A stretch of 32,000 bases of DNA, from positions 19,157-51,156 of the forward strand of contig NZ_JHUX01000011.1 of assembly GCF_000619845.1 (NCBI RefSeq), read 5' to 3'. Under the pieces are notes generated by a model. The model saw only the letters and a program-made list of their open reading frames with translations. It made no database searches and had not been told where the DNA came from. Of the stretch, positions 31,701 to 32,000 are shown piece by piece; position 1 is the first letter of the stretch; the number at the start of each line of letters is the position of its first letter. Source of the stretch: Alkanindiges illinoisensis DSM 15370 (GTDB lineage: Bacteria > Pseudomonadota > Gammaproteobacteria > Pseudomonadales > Moraxellaceae). Both the position numbers and the translations under genes were made by a program.

Positions 31701-31938
31701 GGCCGACCTGAACGATGCAACACTGACGAGGTGTTGTGGCCCTTAAGAGATTAAGGGCTGATTCATTAAAAGATTGTAAAGAACAACTTGTGTGGATTTT
31801 TACTGGTTTTTGGCGATGATAAATTATCATTGATTTGAACTGGTGAGAATTTCTCGAAGTTTATTTGAGCGAATTTTTAGCAAGTATTCGATTAATGAGC
31901 CAGATTTGGTGTCTTAGATTAAAGGCACAATTGATATT

Positions 31939-32000
31939 AAACTGAAGAGTTTGATCATGGCTCAGATTGAACGCTGGCGGCAGGCTTAACACATGCAAGT
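31939..32000 (+). rRNA. rrs: 16S ribosomal RNA, 5' end (partial; continues beyond the window)
   Basis: AAACTGAAGAGTTTGATCATGGCTCAGATTGAACGCTGGCGGCAGGCTTAACACATGCAAGT is the universal 16S 5' end (27F primer site), here with the Acinetobacter-type GGCTTAACA variant. Confidence 0.97.

Noticed and set aside
31394-31830. ORFs 31394-31630(+) and 31627-31830(-) upstream of the 16S gene.
   Set aside because: They overlap the rrn P1/P2 promoters and the leader. Their composition is A+T-rich and there is no coding evidence.

Overview
This window is the replication-origin neighbourhood of a gammaproteobacterial chromosome, most likely Acinetobacter or another Moraxellaceae. Support for that: the 16S 5' end reads ...GGCAGGCTTAACACATGCAAGT, and the gene order is mnmE-yidC-yidD-rnpA-rpmH (minus strand), oriC, then dnaA-dnaN-recF-gyrB (plus strand). 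Left of the origin lie a decayed nucleotidyltransferase pseudogene, a GFA-family gene, purK-purE, a secreted EF-hand protein, an A+T-rich ORFan, a DUF486/DMT membrane protein, mpl, an NCS2 purine permease, a GlsB/YeaQ/YmgE stress protein and a DUF4142 lipoprotein. Right of gyrB lie a CinA-like gene, a YheS-like ABC-F ATPase, two tandem secreted paralogues (solute-binding-like, possibly the 'AdeT' family), erpA, a PF10118-type hydrolase, a small membrane protein, anmK, tyrS, and the tandem promoters plus first ~60 nt of an rRNA operon. The content is almost entirely housekeeping. I see no transposase, integrase, CRISPR array, toxin-antitoxin pair or defence gene cluster, and I cannot support a claim of a novel multi-gene system. 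The notable signals are non-coding and absent from an ORF track. (1) Three perfect 16-bp parS palindromes (TGTTCCACGTGGAACA) lie 3-7 kb from oriC: two inside recF and gyrB in the same reading frame, and one extended into a 32-bp palindromic bidirectional terminator. (2) A second A+T-rich locus about 13.5 kb from oriC carries two perfect DnaA boxes and about 10 copies of a palindromic TTTRAATTCAWW motif, and it shares its motifs with oriC itself. (3) oriC holds five perfect and four near-perfect DnaA boxes. (4) rpmH is too short for the ORF track. (5) The tandem paralogues show mosaic tracts of nucleotide identity. All calls rest on reading the sequence and on recalled family signatures; no searches were run.
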